From sequence record MH791411.1: a stretch of DNA of 64,000 bases; one strand, 5' to 3'. The notes under the pieces are model-generated. The model did no database searches, was not told the origin of the DNA, and was given only the letters and a program-made list of their open reading frames with translations. Below, piece by piece: positions 42,501-50,416 of the stretch; the stretch's first letter is position 1, and each line of letters begins with the position of its first letter. This DNA is from Escherichia phage Ecwhy_1. The translations under genes and the position numbers were made by a program.

Positions 42501-43525
42501 CTGATGGTGATAAGGTTATGATATTCACAACTGATGGTGAAGATTATGTGAGATACCAAAACAATGCATGGGAAACCATCTTGAGTGTATCAAAAATCAA
42601 AACTGACACCACACCAACCTTGTACACAGTAAGAAACACTGCGAACGGAACTGTAGAACTACTAGATAGTACTGGAGTTGTACTTCGTTATGATAACATC
42701 ACTAAACAACAACAGAATGAACCAGCAATACCTCTAGCATTGAACATCGTTCGTATTAGAACCTTTGCTGATCCAGAATTCTTGGTTGATGGTGTTAAGT
42801 TGTATGAAACAAATAGAAACTATGCTATCGACGCAATGAACTATGAAGTATTCTACGACACAACACTATACGGTGGTTCTTATAATGATGGAATTACACC
42901 AGATGACGTTGATGTTTGGGTAGTGTCTAACGAGATATTTGAAGTTGATGGTGTTACCATTGATAACGGATATAACTTACCAATTACTGGTGCAGGTGTT
43001 CTTAGTGAGTTAGTGAGAACCAAAATGACTGATAGTGTGGAAATTAACGTGTTCGAGTATGATGTTGGTATTATTCAACCAGTACTGAATACTGAAGGGG
43101 TATGGGAATATGCATATCCACTAGTTAGTGATACATATATTGGTGTAGTTGGTGGAACCGTAACTAACATTACTGCTATCAGTGAAGAAAATACTACTTA
43201 TGTTTCACAACCAGATTCAGTTAGTCCATATAGTGTTACTAATAATGTTCTATCTGGTGCTGGTGCAAGTATGAATGATATTATTTCTCTTGGTTTTGAA
43301 AAAGTTGAAGTACGTTTTGCAAATAACTTACTCCGTGGGGTAATGTATAGTGCAGAACACGACTTTAAAGAGAATGTGACATATTCATTTAATGGCTTGA
43401 ACTTAGGTAAAGTTAATTTACTAAAACGTTATAGTGTTAACAGTTATCCAATCGAACTATCTGTTTACTCCGATAGTTTGCAAATAAGTGGTACTGACAT
43501 TAAAAATCTATTAGAAGTTAAATAA
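33554..43525 (+). CDS. giant virion protein (~3323 aa), probable baseplate wedge (gp7/gpI-position) or fiber-network protein
   Basis: Uninterrupted 10-kb ORF; start taken at the second ATG with GGAG SD; CATAAATA late-type motif upstream; non-repetitive composition; position after gp6-like. Confidence 0.55.
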   Translation: MTNNFKFQPTQMAEAVQKKLFIKRLPEWMQGLEDIQKVSDDVIQQWFNPAENELVDGYIGDMGSPAAAGNIFLHESTVARQLYQLSTAYVSRNDDSSIRSIQFYDDLVGYMNHYGALTENESRLFNGKFYSWTPPINPNKMNNYSSYLWDSKNSYNITTPDYIVMERGAENGNTWSLQNFWYTLGETLEDGTILTEELMQDSRFVRARAPIIEYNKNIELMNYGTKFRGTVDLFSDIIKPEDIVQKDINSGIRIDGIIPQDGMRILFTSIGNNGENNRIYKVYVKRMQDGTRVYGLALDPDEESESRPSGEPQDGDVVLIIKGNEFGNSSMYWDGSHWIQAQSKTSVNVFPQFQLYDRNGVKLNNTTTYPSSTFTGSSLFGFKINYNYATDSVYGYNIELGDYNYYTYENFLQSTRYTYEHLGVEVEIDGLYYYNVIGEGNTMNLETDWVRSTEYSKQYVKQTPQVERTVMFRVFSTVYDMESFKDPVEGMYAYVIEVDRTYQYYKAERETYLDWHVIVGDGVQSVKYNHTFELAQKVLDNSDDIIELVVDGVEIKEYTKTVVNNQVQSITIDSSVDLDEDSVVQIRTYSSTITPNKELGAYEVPINLQNNPYNSNIEYINQGDYTLHFQDIIQKNITSGSADDFNNYEERLAAGLVNNGVGTKIIQNEASMLPLMAHTANEDIDLFESIMFMQAEYFRFINKFNTQMLRLYEEDPSAFLGNSASNIVDAILTAINMGRDSTFPFYYDNVASTAGFIRAFVPPTPQFLGILQAYTPQKATFLTAGSKSSCYNISHTGIISKAYRVINGVDKMDDVVFELENRIFNSIDLTFKDIDYKPVLNSEDLFPTPYFTGTDYSAEEKKTLLLRGYINFTATNGISNSTHDYDANNWRTWNYTGSYYVVDGQRTEIPARGSWRAIYTDQYGTYRPATHPWEMMGFSQRPTWWNQEYEPTAVQVGEREGDVVYVYEALVMNENGDLVPSGLWDIDGTIGDSSTGTILSGERRGQYDKYKRFGVQPFKITKTGEKTSTGIDICEVEYIAPEVLGLVSGNLDHRAEPWSYGDMGDMEFTYMNTAMFAYDQMLLLYKAKPAQFANYYWDTRNDNLKPVYTDGSQFLYGETRKRLNFDSTTLVHGEKNTRTIGYQMFVSDYLMYQNKNITTKYGDVVRSSYVNVAHKIGGFTKADQLTFTAKSFGLISQENQTIGLVRSNNIRDEQMSAVKITWNGSAYQIDGYDLVGAKFKYKIPVKNGRKVTLKLEDRTVVHYNEWKSEGTLEYGKIFNTYQEVYTFICGYGEYLKEHGWIFEDVNDSGTQQDWTTIAKDFVIWSQNNLSTGEFISCTPSAANAKFGADFGSVQSVTQNSGGVWSLLDDENQGIRQYEIETSRIGNVFTVRTTSESQKRMALIRLSLSSYEHAVVFDDKTIFGDYIYQPTYGAIQELIKMYGYITGSWTGRLQAPGFIILEAGTLPSFEKLVTDFELYYNSETPVSDVQLQELSNHLIGYQTRDYLQRMISSDVSRVDFYKGFIHDKGTNQVMEKVLRVSKSYDTDEYKALQEWAFKIGTYGNINGKKNLQFKLINDQFKQQPQMVSFDVNATSNGTGNGIVYYGEQGVDSRWITRPNGKFSFPMRSGRSENIQLPDIGPVTLDEISYVTKDFSTAYNDRINYMNNSGEIPDSVWMFKDGNDLWNIFELVDTEVEMLSIVPIENTDVYAEQFCKVTLSDDIPLNDGDYYYFVDETNFMPDTLTIESQYYTAGNDPRVMVVPFDTSITIDFTDPDTRPRLYRYVSRFSTEEMRQEYIDRKYSFKAPQSTLFDRPTTYDERTNITALYLNVFDPINGVIPGAAMQNVTYTSPVDPAQYNSNGELIQAWGADKVGQVWWNTSTAFYLDYTRAIYDADGNVDVDATNEYKRYNWGRLLPHSTVDVLEWVCSPVEPYNWDKYCKDVANKNKNNTMYLPSGTALEDNYSTFLEYDSTTDTYVTKYYFWVRDTIYVPPLHSRTKSCTDIARIIKEPAQLNIPWFAPINESSFILSNMQFEVNDDTSILTVSYYMDNTEVIKHDQYQLCKEGDSYNFNPSIWTSMWNSMIGQETTESGTVIDLLYPLVPNGLGSNKTWFQDVIEARRNFVESANNYYRSQNITTNTVLMDEVFNVKTTEVNPNEVSYRVLTYNSELVIAPESDKFKENDAVLVSTSGVLPNPLSTSSVYFVHIDANGYIHLMNSPSSAGSVVTITLENRGEGQQKMIKQSDYVEALGTSLDMTQYWSLADWYDIGYDKNTAYTQESSLEDANTKNYQVGDIIRITDVDGIWTLYIKAQSRDSVYWKAIGRENSTVELNDMLYADYTVRDANGSLSNREINVRKALALLKNSFDLHQSEIVFDMVKYVHVEQSVVDWVFKTSYIYIVGLEQSLVQNYSNDNLINQIVEYFEEVKPYRTKIRSQIEQKTSDDDLIKGLCNDLDPNGYIFADGTWVKTEKDIWDYEYAQFNEVTQRWEQVGELPSDFVTPNRRFQEIDVIMHYDNTQCKPNDNLASVDVLEEVNKKYQSNAQDVVSNFELQRYKYTFPEYSDEDFDLLVAYQMQLYYPELNVTLGIAYGVNQWYADHADDLVATAEFTETLNRVYKESTQNEMFNDVNHYVQYNTLSNRLKLYTGADDEVIHDEVGCGFSGLTYDDNPSTRLPFGYASSTDYNFGYFEVSSELYKKYVSLIKENNTTATDDEVRIILEVEYGVYSYRHVDEDGNQRFYNDAIHVLSGMRGLYDKDATDHYEKAEEILSRMPIDIHAFTMMPRKYVYVNVNGVYESIPDDQSIDDFMEDKFITDGQLVQLAEINLDDLPLDRNNPMYSDYQHILDSITDAKYYDDMNAFDNLALESQTSELKWEVEGDEVDPYIIDISDINPSGRKIGQIRFTVDGYGFNSVSLVQLRDNSRYKTEGMVIINPYKTTEAIVSIPSYAKIENDISKSYSKYDEKYFYKIKSIVSDTEAEVIDNTLSDGDKVMIFTTDGEDYVRYQNNAWETILSVSKIKTDTTPTLYTVRNTANGTVELLDSTGVVLRYDNITKQQQNEPAIPLALNIVRIRTFADPEFLVDGVKLYETNRNYAIDAMNYEVFYDTTLYGGSYNDGITPDDVDVWVVSNEIFEVDGVTIDNGYNLPITGAGVLSELVRTKMTDSVEINVFEYDVGIIQPVLNTEGVWEYAYPLVSDTYIGVVGGTVTNITAISEENTTYVSQPDSVSPYSVTNNVLSGAGASMNDIISLGFEKVEVRFANNLLRGVMYSAEHDFKENVTYSFNGLNLGKVNLLKRYSVNSYPIELSVYSDSLQISGTDIKNLLEVK

Positions 43526-43558
43526 CAAAAAGGAGAGCAAATGCTCTCCTTTTCTTTT
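43526..43558. terminator. bidirectional terminator between the giant ORF and the ClpA-like gene
   Basis: GGAGAGCA-aa-TGCTCTCC hairpin flanked by an A-run and T-run. Confidence 0.75.
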
Positions 43559-45847
43559 TTACGCAATAACTTTTTCTACTGCTTTAGTGCGTTTAGGTTT
43601 GATAGCCAATTTACCATCAATCACATCAAACGTCACGTTACCACCATTAACTAGAGAACCACACAACATCTCTTTAGCTAGTGGAACACGGATGTTTTGC
43701 TCAATAGTGCGTTTCATTGGACGTGCACCCATCCCAACTTTAACACCATTTGTTGCCAACCACTCACGTGCCGCTTTAGTCAGGGAAACTTTAACTTTGC
43801 GGTCTTTGATTTGTTCATTCAGACTACCCATGAACTTATCAATGATGCTGTCAATCGCTTCGCTGCTTAGGTCTTTGAATGTCACAATACTATCGATACG
43901 GTTGATGAATTCAGGTGGCAAGAATGCTTTAATAGCTTTATCTTGTGCTGTATCACTACCGCTCATCCCAATACTACGCTTGGTTGAATCTGCTGCACCA
44001 AGGTTAGTCGTCATAATAACAGTTACGTTATTGAAGTAAACAGTTTTACCTTGTGAACCAGTCAAACGTCCTTCGTCCAGAACCTGTAGGAAGGTTAGTA
44101 GTACTTTACGATCAGCTTTTTCGATTTCATCAAGCAACAGTACTGCATTCGGGAACTGCTCAATCTTGTCGAGTAGCAGACCGTTACCAGAATCGTGACC
44201 AACATAGCCTGGAGGTGAACCAATCAGTTTAGCAACAGTATGTTCCTGTGAAAACTCGGACATATCGAAACGAATCAGTTCGGAACCAGTTGCATCAGCC
44301 AGTGCTTTGGTAATTTCAGTTTTACCAGTACCAGATGGACCAACAAACATGAATGCACCTTGAACACTTGATTTATCACGCAGACCAGCACGAGCTACCA
44401 TCACGTTATCAACCAGTTTCTGTACTGCTTCTTCTTGACCGTATACACGAGAACGGAGTGCATCTGGTAGATTACGCATACGTTCACTTTCAGTGCAAGC
44501 AACCACGTTAATATCTAGGTTTGCGATACCTGCAACAACTTCTTGAATCAGTGCAACAGTGATGATGTTATCATCAGTTTCACGAGAACGTACTTTCGCT
44601 GCTGCCGCATCCATTAGGTCGATTGCTTTGTCAGGGAAGTGTTTGTTCTTCAGGAACTTATCACTTAGTGTAATAACTGCATCCATTGCTTCAGTACTGA
44701 ACTCTACGTTATGGAAAGTTTCATAAGTAGATTTCAAACCATTCACAATCGCACGGGTTTCATCAATTGTTGGCTCAACTACATCAATTTTCATGAAACG
44801 GCGAGTTAGTGCACTATCTTTTTCGATGTTTTTACGATATTCATCGTAAGTTGTTGCACCGATTACACGAATCTCACCACGAGATAGTGCAGGTTTGAGC
44901 ATGTTGCTCATATCCATAGAACCGTTGCTTGCTGACCCAGCACCAACCATAATATGGATTTCATCGATGAACACAATAGTGTTTTCACGTTTCTTCAGTT
45001 CTTTTAGTAGGTTATCGATACGTTCTTCGAACTCACCACGGTACTTAGTACCAGCAGTCAGTGCACCTACGTTCAGAGACAGAATTTCAACATCTTTAAG
45101 ATGCTCTGGTACTTCACCATCAGCGATTGCCTGTGCTAGACCATCAATGATTTGAGTTTTACCAACACCAGCTTCACCAGTCAGGATGGCATTCTTCTTA
45201 GTCTTACGGGCCAGAGTTTCAATCAGTGCAGAAAGCTCTTTCTGGCGACCAATCATTGGGTCAAGTTTACCTTCTTTTGCAAGTGCGGTTAGGTTAGTGG
45301 TGTAATCTTCTAAACCTTTTTGTTTGGACGATGGTTGCTGTTGTGCCACTTTTTTCTCCCCAGTTGGCTCATCACTAATGCTTTGAAGGTTGATTCCGTT
45401 GTCGATTGCTTCTACGTGCTTCTGTAGAGTTCGTGCTGCTTCAGTACAAGTGATACCCTCTTCACGCAATGCTGCTTCTAGTGCAGTATTTGGGAAGGAC
45501 AAACACTCAAACAGTACAAAATAAGCATCAATTGAGAAATCATCACGTTTAAGTTGCTCAATTACTGATTTCTTAGAAAGTTCCTGAACTACACGGTTCA
45601 CGAGAAGTGATGTGCGGTTCGCTTCATCACCATCAGCACTTTTAGGTGCATGTGGGAATGTTGTATTCTTCAGATATGCAATCAAACGACCGTGTAGGTT
45701 GTCTGCATCGATGTTCATATCTTCAAATACTGCTTTGATGCTATCGATTGTCAGTACTGTAGCACTTAGATGGTCAATAGTCAAGAATGTATGACCCAGA
45801 GAAGTTGCCAGTTCGTCGCTTTTTTTGAATAATTGGGTAAGATTCAT
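43559..45847 (-). CDS. clpA: ClpA-family AAA+ unfoldase (two AAA+ modules), ~762 aa
   Basis: D1 Walker A GEAGVGKT, Walker B IVFIDEIH, arginine-finger region ALTRRF; D2 Walker A GPSGTGKTE, Walker B LLLDEIEKA, sensor MTTNLG and GARPMKR; collinear with E. coli ClpA as recalled; AGGAGA SD. Confidence 0.9.
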   Translation of the reverse strand: MNLTQLFKKSDELATSLGHTFLTIDHLSATVLTIDSIKAVFEDMNIDADNLHGRLIAYLKNTTFPHAPKSADGDEANRTSLLVNRVVQELSKKSVIEQLKRDDFSIDAYFVLFECLSFPNTALEAALREEGITCTEAARTLQKHVEAIDNGINLQSISDEPTGEKKVAQQQPSSKQKGLEDYTTNLTALAKEGKLDPMIGRQKELSALIETLARKTKKNAILTGEAGVGKTQIIDGLAQAIADGEVPEHLKDVEILSLNVGALTAGTKYRGEFEERIDNLLKELKKRENTIVFIDEIHIMVGAGSASNGSMDMSNMLKPALSRGEIRVIGATTYDEYRKNIEKDSALTRRFMKIDVVEPTIDETRAIVNGLKSTYETFHNVEFSTEAMDAVITLSDKFLKNKHFPDKAIDLMDAAAAKVRSRETDDNIITVALIQEVVAGIANLDINVVACTESERMRNLPDALRSRVYGQEEAVQKLVDNVMVARAGLRDKSSVQGAFMFVGPSGTGKTEITKALADATGSELIRFDMSEFSQEHTVAKLIGSPPGYVGHDSGNGLLLDKIEQFPNAVLLLDEIEKADRKVLLTFLQVLDEGRLTGSQGKTVYFNNVTVIMTTNLGAADSTKRSIGMSGSDTAQDKAIKAFLPPEFINRIDSIVTFKDLSSEAIDSIIDKFMGSLNEQIKDRKVKVSLTKAAREWLATNGVKVGMGARPMKRTIEQNIRVPLAKEMLCGSLVNGGNVTFDVIDGKLAIKPKRTKAVEKVIA

Positions 45848-45885
45848 GTATTCTCCTAAATGAGTAGTCACTCTAATTAATAAAC

Positions 45886-45913
45886 ATTATATCACATTCT
45901 TTGCGTTTGTCAA
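45886..45913 (-). promoter_or_regulatory. near-consensus sigma70 promoter TTGACA-N16-TG-n-TATAAT driving the ClpA-like gene
   Basis: Minus-strand TTGACA (45913-45908), 16-nt spacer, extended -10 TGATATAAT (45894-45886); about 35 nt upstream of the ATG. Confidence 0.7.
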
Positions 45914-45955
45914 CAAGGTAAATAAAGATATACCCGATTTATTTTGGAGACAAAC

Positions 45956-47452
45956 ATGGCATATAGAATGTGGAAAAAAGGTAGAACCAATGATTACAAG
46001 TTCATTGACTCTGCCATAGCAGAACAATACAACATCGGTGGTGTTGACATGTGGCTTTATGCCTATGTCGGACCAAAACAAGTCGCTGATAACACTGATT
46101 TATCATACGGCGGTGATTATTATGGATCAGATAGTACCGTTGTGTCAAGCATTGGTGATTTAATTTTTGGTGACACTCCAAGTCGTAACTATAATCTCGA
46201 AGCTATCACCTTAAGTTGCGTCTACCAAGTCCAAGAAGCAACTCCTGACTTGAAAATCCCAGGATTGTTCTTCAACTTTAACACTATGGACATCACAATT
46301 CATTATAACACAATGATTCAGCGTTTGGGAAGAAAAATTATGCCAGGTGACGTAATCGAACTTCCTAACTTACGTGATTTTGATGTACTTGGTAAAGATT
46401 CTGGTTTAAACCGCTTCTATGTAGTACAAGATGGGTTTAGAACGTCAGAAGGTTACTCAGTTACATGGCAACATCACATTTACAAACTCCGTGTTAAACC
46501 TCTTACTGATTCACCAGAGTACTCTGACCTTCTAGGTAACAATAACTACCCTGATGACCCAGATGATCCAAACAACGGCAATGGTAATACTGATGATGGC
46601 TCTTCAGAGAACAGCAGCTATGGTAATGAAATGGATATTATGAACCGTATCATTATGCAAGCTGATGATGAAGTACCATACATTCATTTTACTAACGAAC
46701 ACTTGTTCGATGACAGACCAGATACTGTTGATTTGTCTAAGTATATGCTAAATGGATACGAATTACCAGAGGAACCAGCAAATAAAATGTATTTCCTCAA
46801 GAAAACTTACCCAGTACTGAAAGAACTATCTAATGATACATGGATTTCTGTAGAAGTCAAGCGTGGAACAATCTTTCCTCGCAAACCGATGGATGGTGAC
46901 TTCTTCTTTAAAGAAAACGAGGCTGATGTCACTGGCTTCTCATTGTATCAATACGATAAATCTGCCAAAAAGTGGCTAAATTGTGATGTTGAGTATACTA
47001 CAGAAAGCACACCACCACAAGGGGTTGATGATTTTTATATTGAATACAAAGAACCACACATTTATCAGTACTTAAATGGTAAATGGGGAGAACCAGAAGT
47101 AACTTACGTTAATGACCCATTCACTTCTAATAGTGTTTATGGAAATATCGATTCACAACAAGATTATCGTCCTAAGATTCCTCCAGCACGAGGTACAGTT
47201 CCTGAAGGTAATATGTTCCCAAGTGATGCAGTTGATGGTGATTACTACTATCGTACCGATTATACACCAGTAACCCTATGGGAATACAGTGCGTCCAAGA
47301 ATTCTTGGGTGATTTTCGATTACGGTGGTAGAAAACCGTGGGAAGGTGCAGATCTTGCTCTAACAGAATTTGTTAATAGCCCGAACCGTGTACCATTACA
47401 TGATGCAGTTAAACCTAATACAGCGTATCGTATACATAAGGATTCAGAATGA
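45956..47452 (+). CDS. virion structural protein, possibly neck (gp13/gp14-like), 499 aa
   Basis: GGAGA SD; internal duplicated motif DGDFFF...YQYD..AKKW / DGDYYY...WEYS.SKNSW; immediately upstream of the gp15-like gene. Assignment is positional. Confidence 0.35.
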   Translation: MAYRMWKKGRTNDYKFIDSAIAEQYNIGGVDMWLYAYVGPKQVADNTDLSYGGDYYGSDSTVVSSIGDLIFGDTPSRNYNLEAITLSCVYQVQEATPDLKIPGLFFNFNTMDITIHYNTMIQRLGRKIMPGDVIELPNLRDFDVLGKDSGLNRFYVVQDGFRTSEGYSVTWQHHIYKLRVKPLTDSPEYSDLLGNNNYPDDPDDPNNGNGNTDDGSSENSSYGNEMDIMNRIIMQADDEVPYIHFTNEHLFDDRPDTVDLSKYMLNGYELPEEPANKMYFLKKTYPVLKELSNDTWISVEVKRGTIFPRKPMDGDFFFKENEADVTGFSLYQYDKSAKKWLNCDVEYTTESTPPQGVDDFYIEYKEPHIYQYLNGKWGEPEVTYVNDPFTSNSVYGNIDSQQDYRPKIPPARGTVPEGNMFPSDAVDGDYYYRTDYTPVTLWEYSASKNSWVIFDYGGRKPWEGADLALTEFVNSPNRVPLHDAVKPNTAYRIHKDSE

Positions 47453-48792
47453 AAATAGATTATTATTATGATGGTCAATTTCGTCGAGTACTGAAACATC
47501 TTATCAGAGTGTTTGGTGAATTTCAAGTACAAAATGGTGTTGATGCTGACGGAAAACCAAAATATAAGAAAGTTCCTTGCCGCTATGCAGATATTTCACG
47601 TATGGCAGCAGCAATTATTAATGGTAACAGTGAGAACGTGCTTCCAACAGCACCAATCATGACCATTAGTGTAAACCAACTTAAACTAGATCGCAAGTCA
47701 GTTCGTTCAAACGCAAATGAAACATTAGTTATGGGGACTAACAAGTCCCCTGGAATTAACGAATATACTAAAGACTTAGATAAACAGTATAAAGTAACTC
47801 GTCATAACCCAGTACCTTGGACATTTACGTTTGATGTTAATATTTGGGTTACACAAACACAAACTAAAATGGAACTATTTGAGCAAATTTCAACATTGTT
47901 TGCTCCTAGTATTCAATTACAACTCTCCGAGAACCCACTGGATTGGACATCATTGAGTGATGTGGAGTTGATTGACTGTCAATTTACTACTCGTGGTTTC
48001 CCACAAGGAACCGATAGTGATTTGGATATAATGGTATTGACATTTGAAACCACAATTTGGTTCTCTTTGCCAGCTATTGTTGAGAAACCAAAACTTATCC
48101 AACAAATCACCACCAATATTAAAGGTGCTCGTGATGAACTTGATTTTGAAATTGGTAATTACTCGGATATCATTACTGATGTATTCACACCAAAGAACTT
48201 ATGTATTAAAGTTGATGAAATAACAAACTCTGAACTTAATATTCCAGATACTTACCAACTCACTCTTGTTAGTCAATCACTATCAGAAACATCACCAAAT
48301 GGTGGGATTTATTCATGGGAAAAATACCTTAAGTACTTGGACCCAGAATATGAAGACAAGACTGTAGGTATTAAATTCCAACAAGCTATAGAAGAGGATA
48401 ACCCACTAAAAGGACATATCTCTTCATTTGGGGAAGGGGCTGATTCTAACAAGATTGTAGTTCAGCTTGATAATAGTAATTATACTGTTGATTATACAAT
48501 ACATGGATTCATTAGTAAAGACTCTTTGTTATATAACGCACTACCTGAACAATATTATGTAAATAATAGCATACATAACATCATTTACAAAGAGACTGAA
48601 ATCCCAGCGAACTATTTGTTTAAAATTACCAATGATGGAGCAGAACTTATTGAGCCATCGCGAGTACACAACTATGTTTATAATATGGAAGATAGTGGAT
48701 ATTATAGATATAATGACAAATTCAAATGGCATAAGAGTATTATGTCAGTATATCGTCAGGGATATTGGAAAATAACTTTCACTGACAAATAA
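47449..48792 (+). CDS. 15: tail sheath stabiliser / completion protein (gp15-like), 447 aa
   Basis: MKIDYYYDGQFRRVLKHLIRVFGEFQ...KYKKVPCRYAD resembles the T4 gp15 N-terminus (MFGYFYNSSFRRYATLMGDLF...KFIRVPITYAS) as recalled; start overlaps the upstream stop. Confidence 0.55.
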   Translation: MKIDYYYDGQFRRVLKHLIRVFGEFQVQNGVDADGKPKYKKVPCRYADISRMAAAIINGNSENVLPTAPIMTISVNQLKLDRKSVRSNANETLVMGTNKSPGINEYTKDLDKQYKVTRHNPVPWTFTFDVNIWVTQTQTKMELFEQISTLFAPSIQLQLSENPLDWTSLSDVELIDCQFTTRGFPQGTDSDLDIMVLTFETTIWFSLPAIVEKPKLIQQITTNIKGARDELDFEIGNYSDIITDVFTPKNLCIKVDEITNSELNIPDTYQLTLVSQSLSETSPNGGIYSWEKYLKYLDPEYEDKTVGIKFQQAIEEDNPLKGHISSFGEGADSNKIVVQLDNSNYTVDYTIHGFISKDSLLYNALPEQYYVNNSIHNIIYKETEIPANYLFKITNDGAELIEPSRVHNYVYNMEDSGYYRYNDKFKWHKSIMSVYRQGYWKITFTDK

Positions 48793-48804
48793 GGAGGTGT
48801 TGTT

Positions 48805-49269
48805 ATGAATGAAGCAGTAGGTGCTATATTTTTATCTAAAAGTACTGGACACATGATGTTAAACTTGAGATCAGAAAGAAGTACGTATTCTAACAACTGG
48901 GCATTTGTTGGTGGGAAGCTTGAGTATAATGAAACTCCGTTACAGGGTCTTATGCGTGAGATTAAAGAAGAGCTAGGTGATTCTATTCCAACGATAATAG
49001 ATATTATACCATTTGATGTATTTTGTACGAAGAATGGTAAATTTAAATATTATTCATTTGTCATTGTAGTTGAAAATGAATTCGTACCTACTTTAAATCA
49101 TGAGAGTTCTGGTTATGCATGGGTTAAGATTGGCTCATGGCCCAAACCATTACATCCTGGTGCAAAAAACACATTACTCAACACAAATTTAATGAAGGAT
49201 TTCTATTCATTGTGGGAAAGTATACGACAAGGTACACAGTTTGTCAACAGCTTACCATATCGATATTAA
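48805..49269 (+). CDS. Nudix hydrolase, 154 aa
   Basis: Nudix box GGKLEYNETPLQGLMREIKEELG (G-x5-E-x7-REUxEExGU); AAGGAGG SD. Confidence 0.8.
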   Translation: MNEAVGAIFLSKSTGHMMLNLRSERSTYSNNWAFVGGKLEYNETPLQGLMREIKEELGDSIPTIIDIIPFDVFCTKNGKFKYYSFVIVVENEFVPTLNHESSGYAWVKIGSWPKPLHPGAKNTLLNTNLMKDFYSLWESIRQGTQFVNSLPYRY

Positions 49270-49305
49270 TAAAAAAAAGGAGCCAATGGCTCCTTTTTTC
49301 TTTTT
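49270..49305. terminator. bidirectional terminator
   Basis: GGAGCC-aat-GGCTCC hairpin between an 8-nt A-run and a 12-nt T-run. Confidence 0.75.
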
Positions 49306-50404
49306 ATACCCCAATTAGTGGGATACCTGTTATATTAAGTAGAACCGATGCTTGAAGCTTAACTGACTCACCTGCCGAAAGGTTGTTTACTATACCATCG
49401 ACGCGGAACCCTAAGTTTTTATTAGAGTTAAGAGAGTTAACCACCCAGTTTTCGTAATCCGCTTTTGTAATACCATTCGGATTTGGGAGAGTTGGGTCAA
49501 CACCATTAATTACCATAGATACATCCCAATTAGGGCGACTACTTGTAATTACATCCTTGATTGATTCTAGTTGTGTTATGCGACGTGGGTCTGGAATCTG
49601 ACTTGCACCAATTGAACCAGGAACAAATGTACCTTGGTTATCAACATAGAACTGACCTTTAATGAAAAATGTTTTTGAATTATACGGAAGAGAAACAATT
49701 TCACCTGATGAATCACTAACTTCACGAATCATAATTTTCAATTCATAAAAATAGTTACTACCAAATTCAAACACACCAGTACCATTTGTAAATGTTGTCC
49801 AGTTATTTGAATCAACCTGTGAAGTACCACCCATATTGAAGTACGCTAATGGCTTAGTACTGTTACTTTGTGTAAATTCAATATATTTCTTACCTGTATC
49901 ATAGTTGATATCAAGTAGTGTGGAGTACTCTTTATTTTCTGGACGAGATGTTTGAATTTCACGCCATTCTTTATTTTTCATTAGGACACGAAGGGAATCA
50001 CCATTACTGGTAAGAACCATACGACCCATAATACTATTTTCACCATCTGGTACTGTGTTGAAAATTGAAATCATTGGGATAGATGCCCAGTCAGCTTCAG
50101 ATGCAGTATCTACTGGCTGACGAGCATTATCAACTAATGCAAGAAGTAGTTCGCCAGTGTTGCCAGTATTTCTGTACCAAATCTGACCATTAACGTTACC
50201 ACGAGGTGCAGTAGCTCCACTGAAGTTCTCAACCAAGTGGAGGAAGTTTTCGTTCCATGCTTGACCGTAACCAACTTTATTTCGACCTGCAAAGTTTAAC
50301 GGTACTGGGTTACTACCAGGTTGGTTTGGTCCTAATATTACGTTATTTGGAATGGTAGCATAAACGCTACCATTACTTCTATAAATTGTATAACTTACAC
50401 TCAT
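49304..50404 (-). CDS. tail/baseplate structural protein (366 aa)
   Basis: Ser/Thr/Asn/Gly-rich, fiber-like composition; part of a three-gene minus-strand unit inside the tail region. Confidence 0.4.
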   Translation of the reverse strand: MSVSYTIYRSNGSVYATIPNNVILGPNQPGSNPVPLNFAGRNKVGYGQAWNENFLHLVENFSGATAPRGNVNGQIWYRNTGNTGELLLALVDNARQPVDTASEADWASIPMISIFNTVPDGENSIMGRMVLTSNGDSLRVLMKNKEWREIQTSRPENKEYSTLLDINYDTGKKYIEFTQSNSTKPLAYFNMGGTSQVDSNNWTTFTNGTGVFEFGSNYFYELKIMIREVSDSSGEIVSLPYNSKTFFIKGQFYVDNQGTFVPGSIGASQIPDPRRITQLESIKDVITSSRPNWDVSMVINGVDPTLPNPNGITKADYENWVVNSLNSNKNLGFRVDGIVNNLSAGESVKLQASVLLNITGIPLIGV

Positions 50405-50416
50405 ATCATCACCTTA

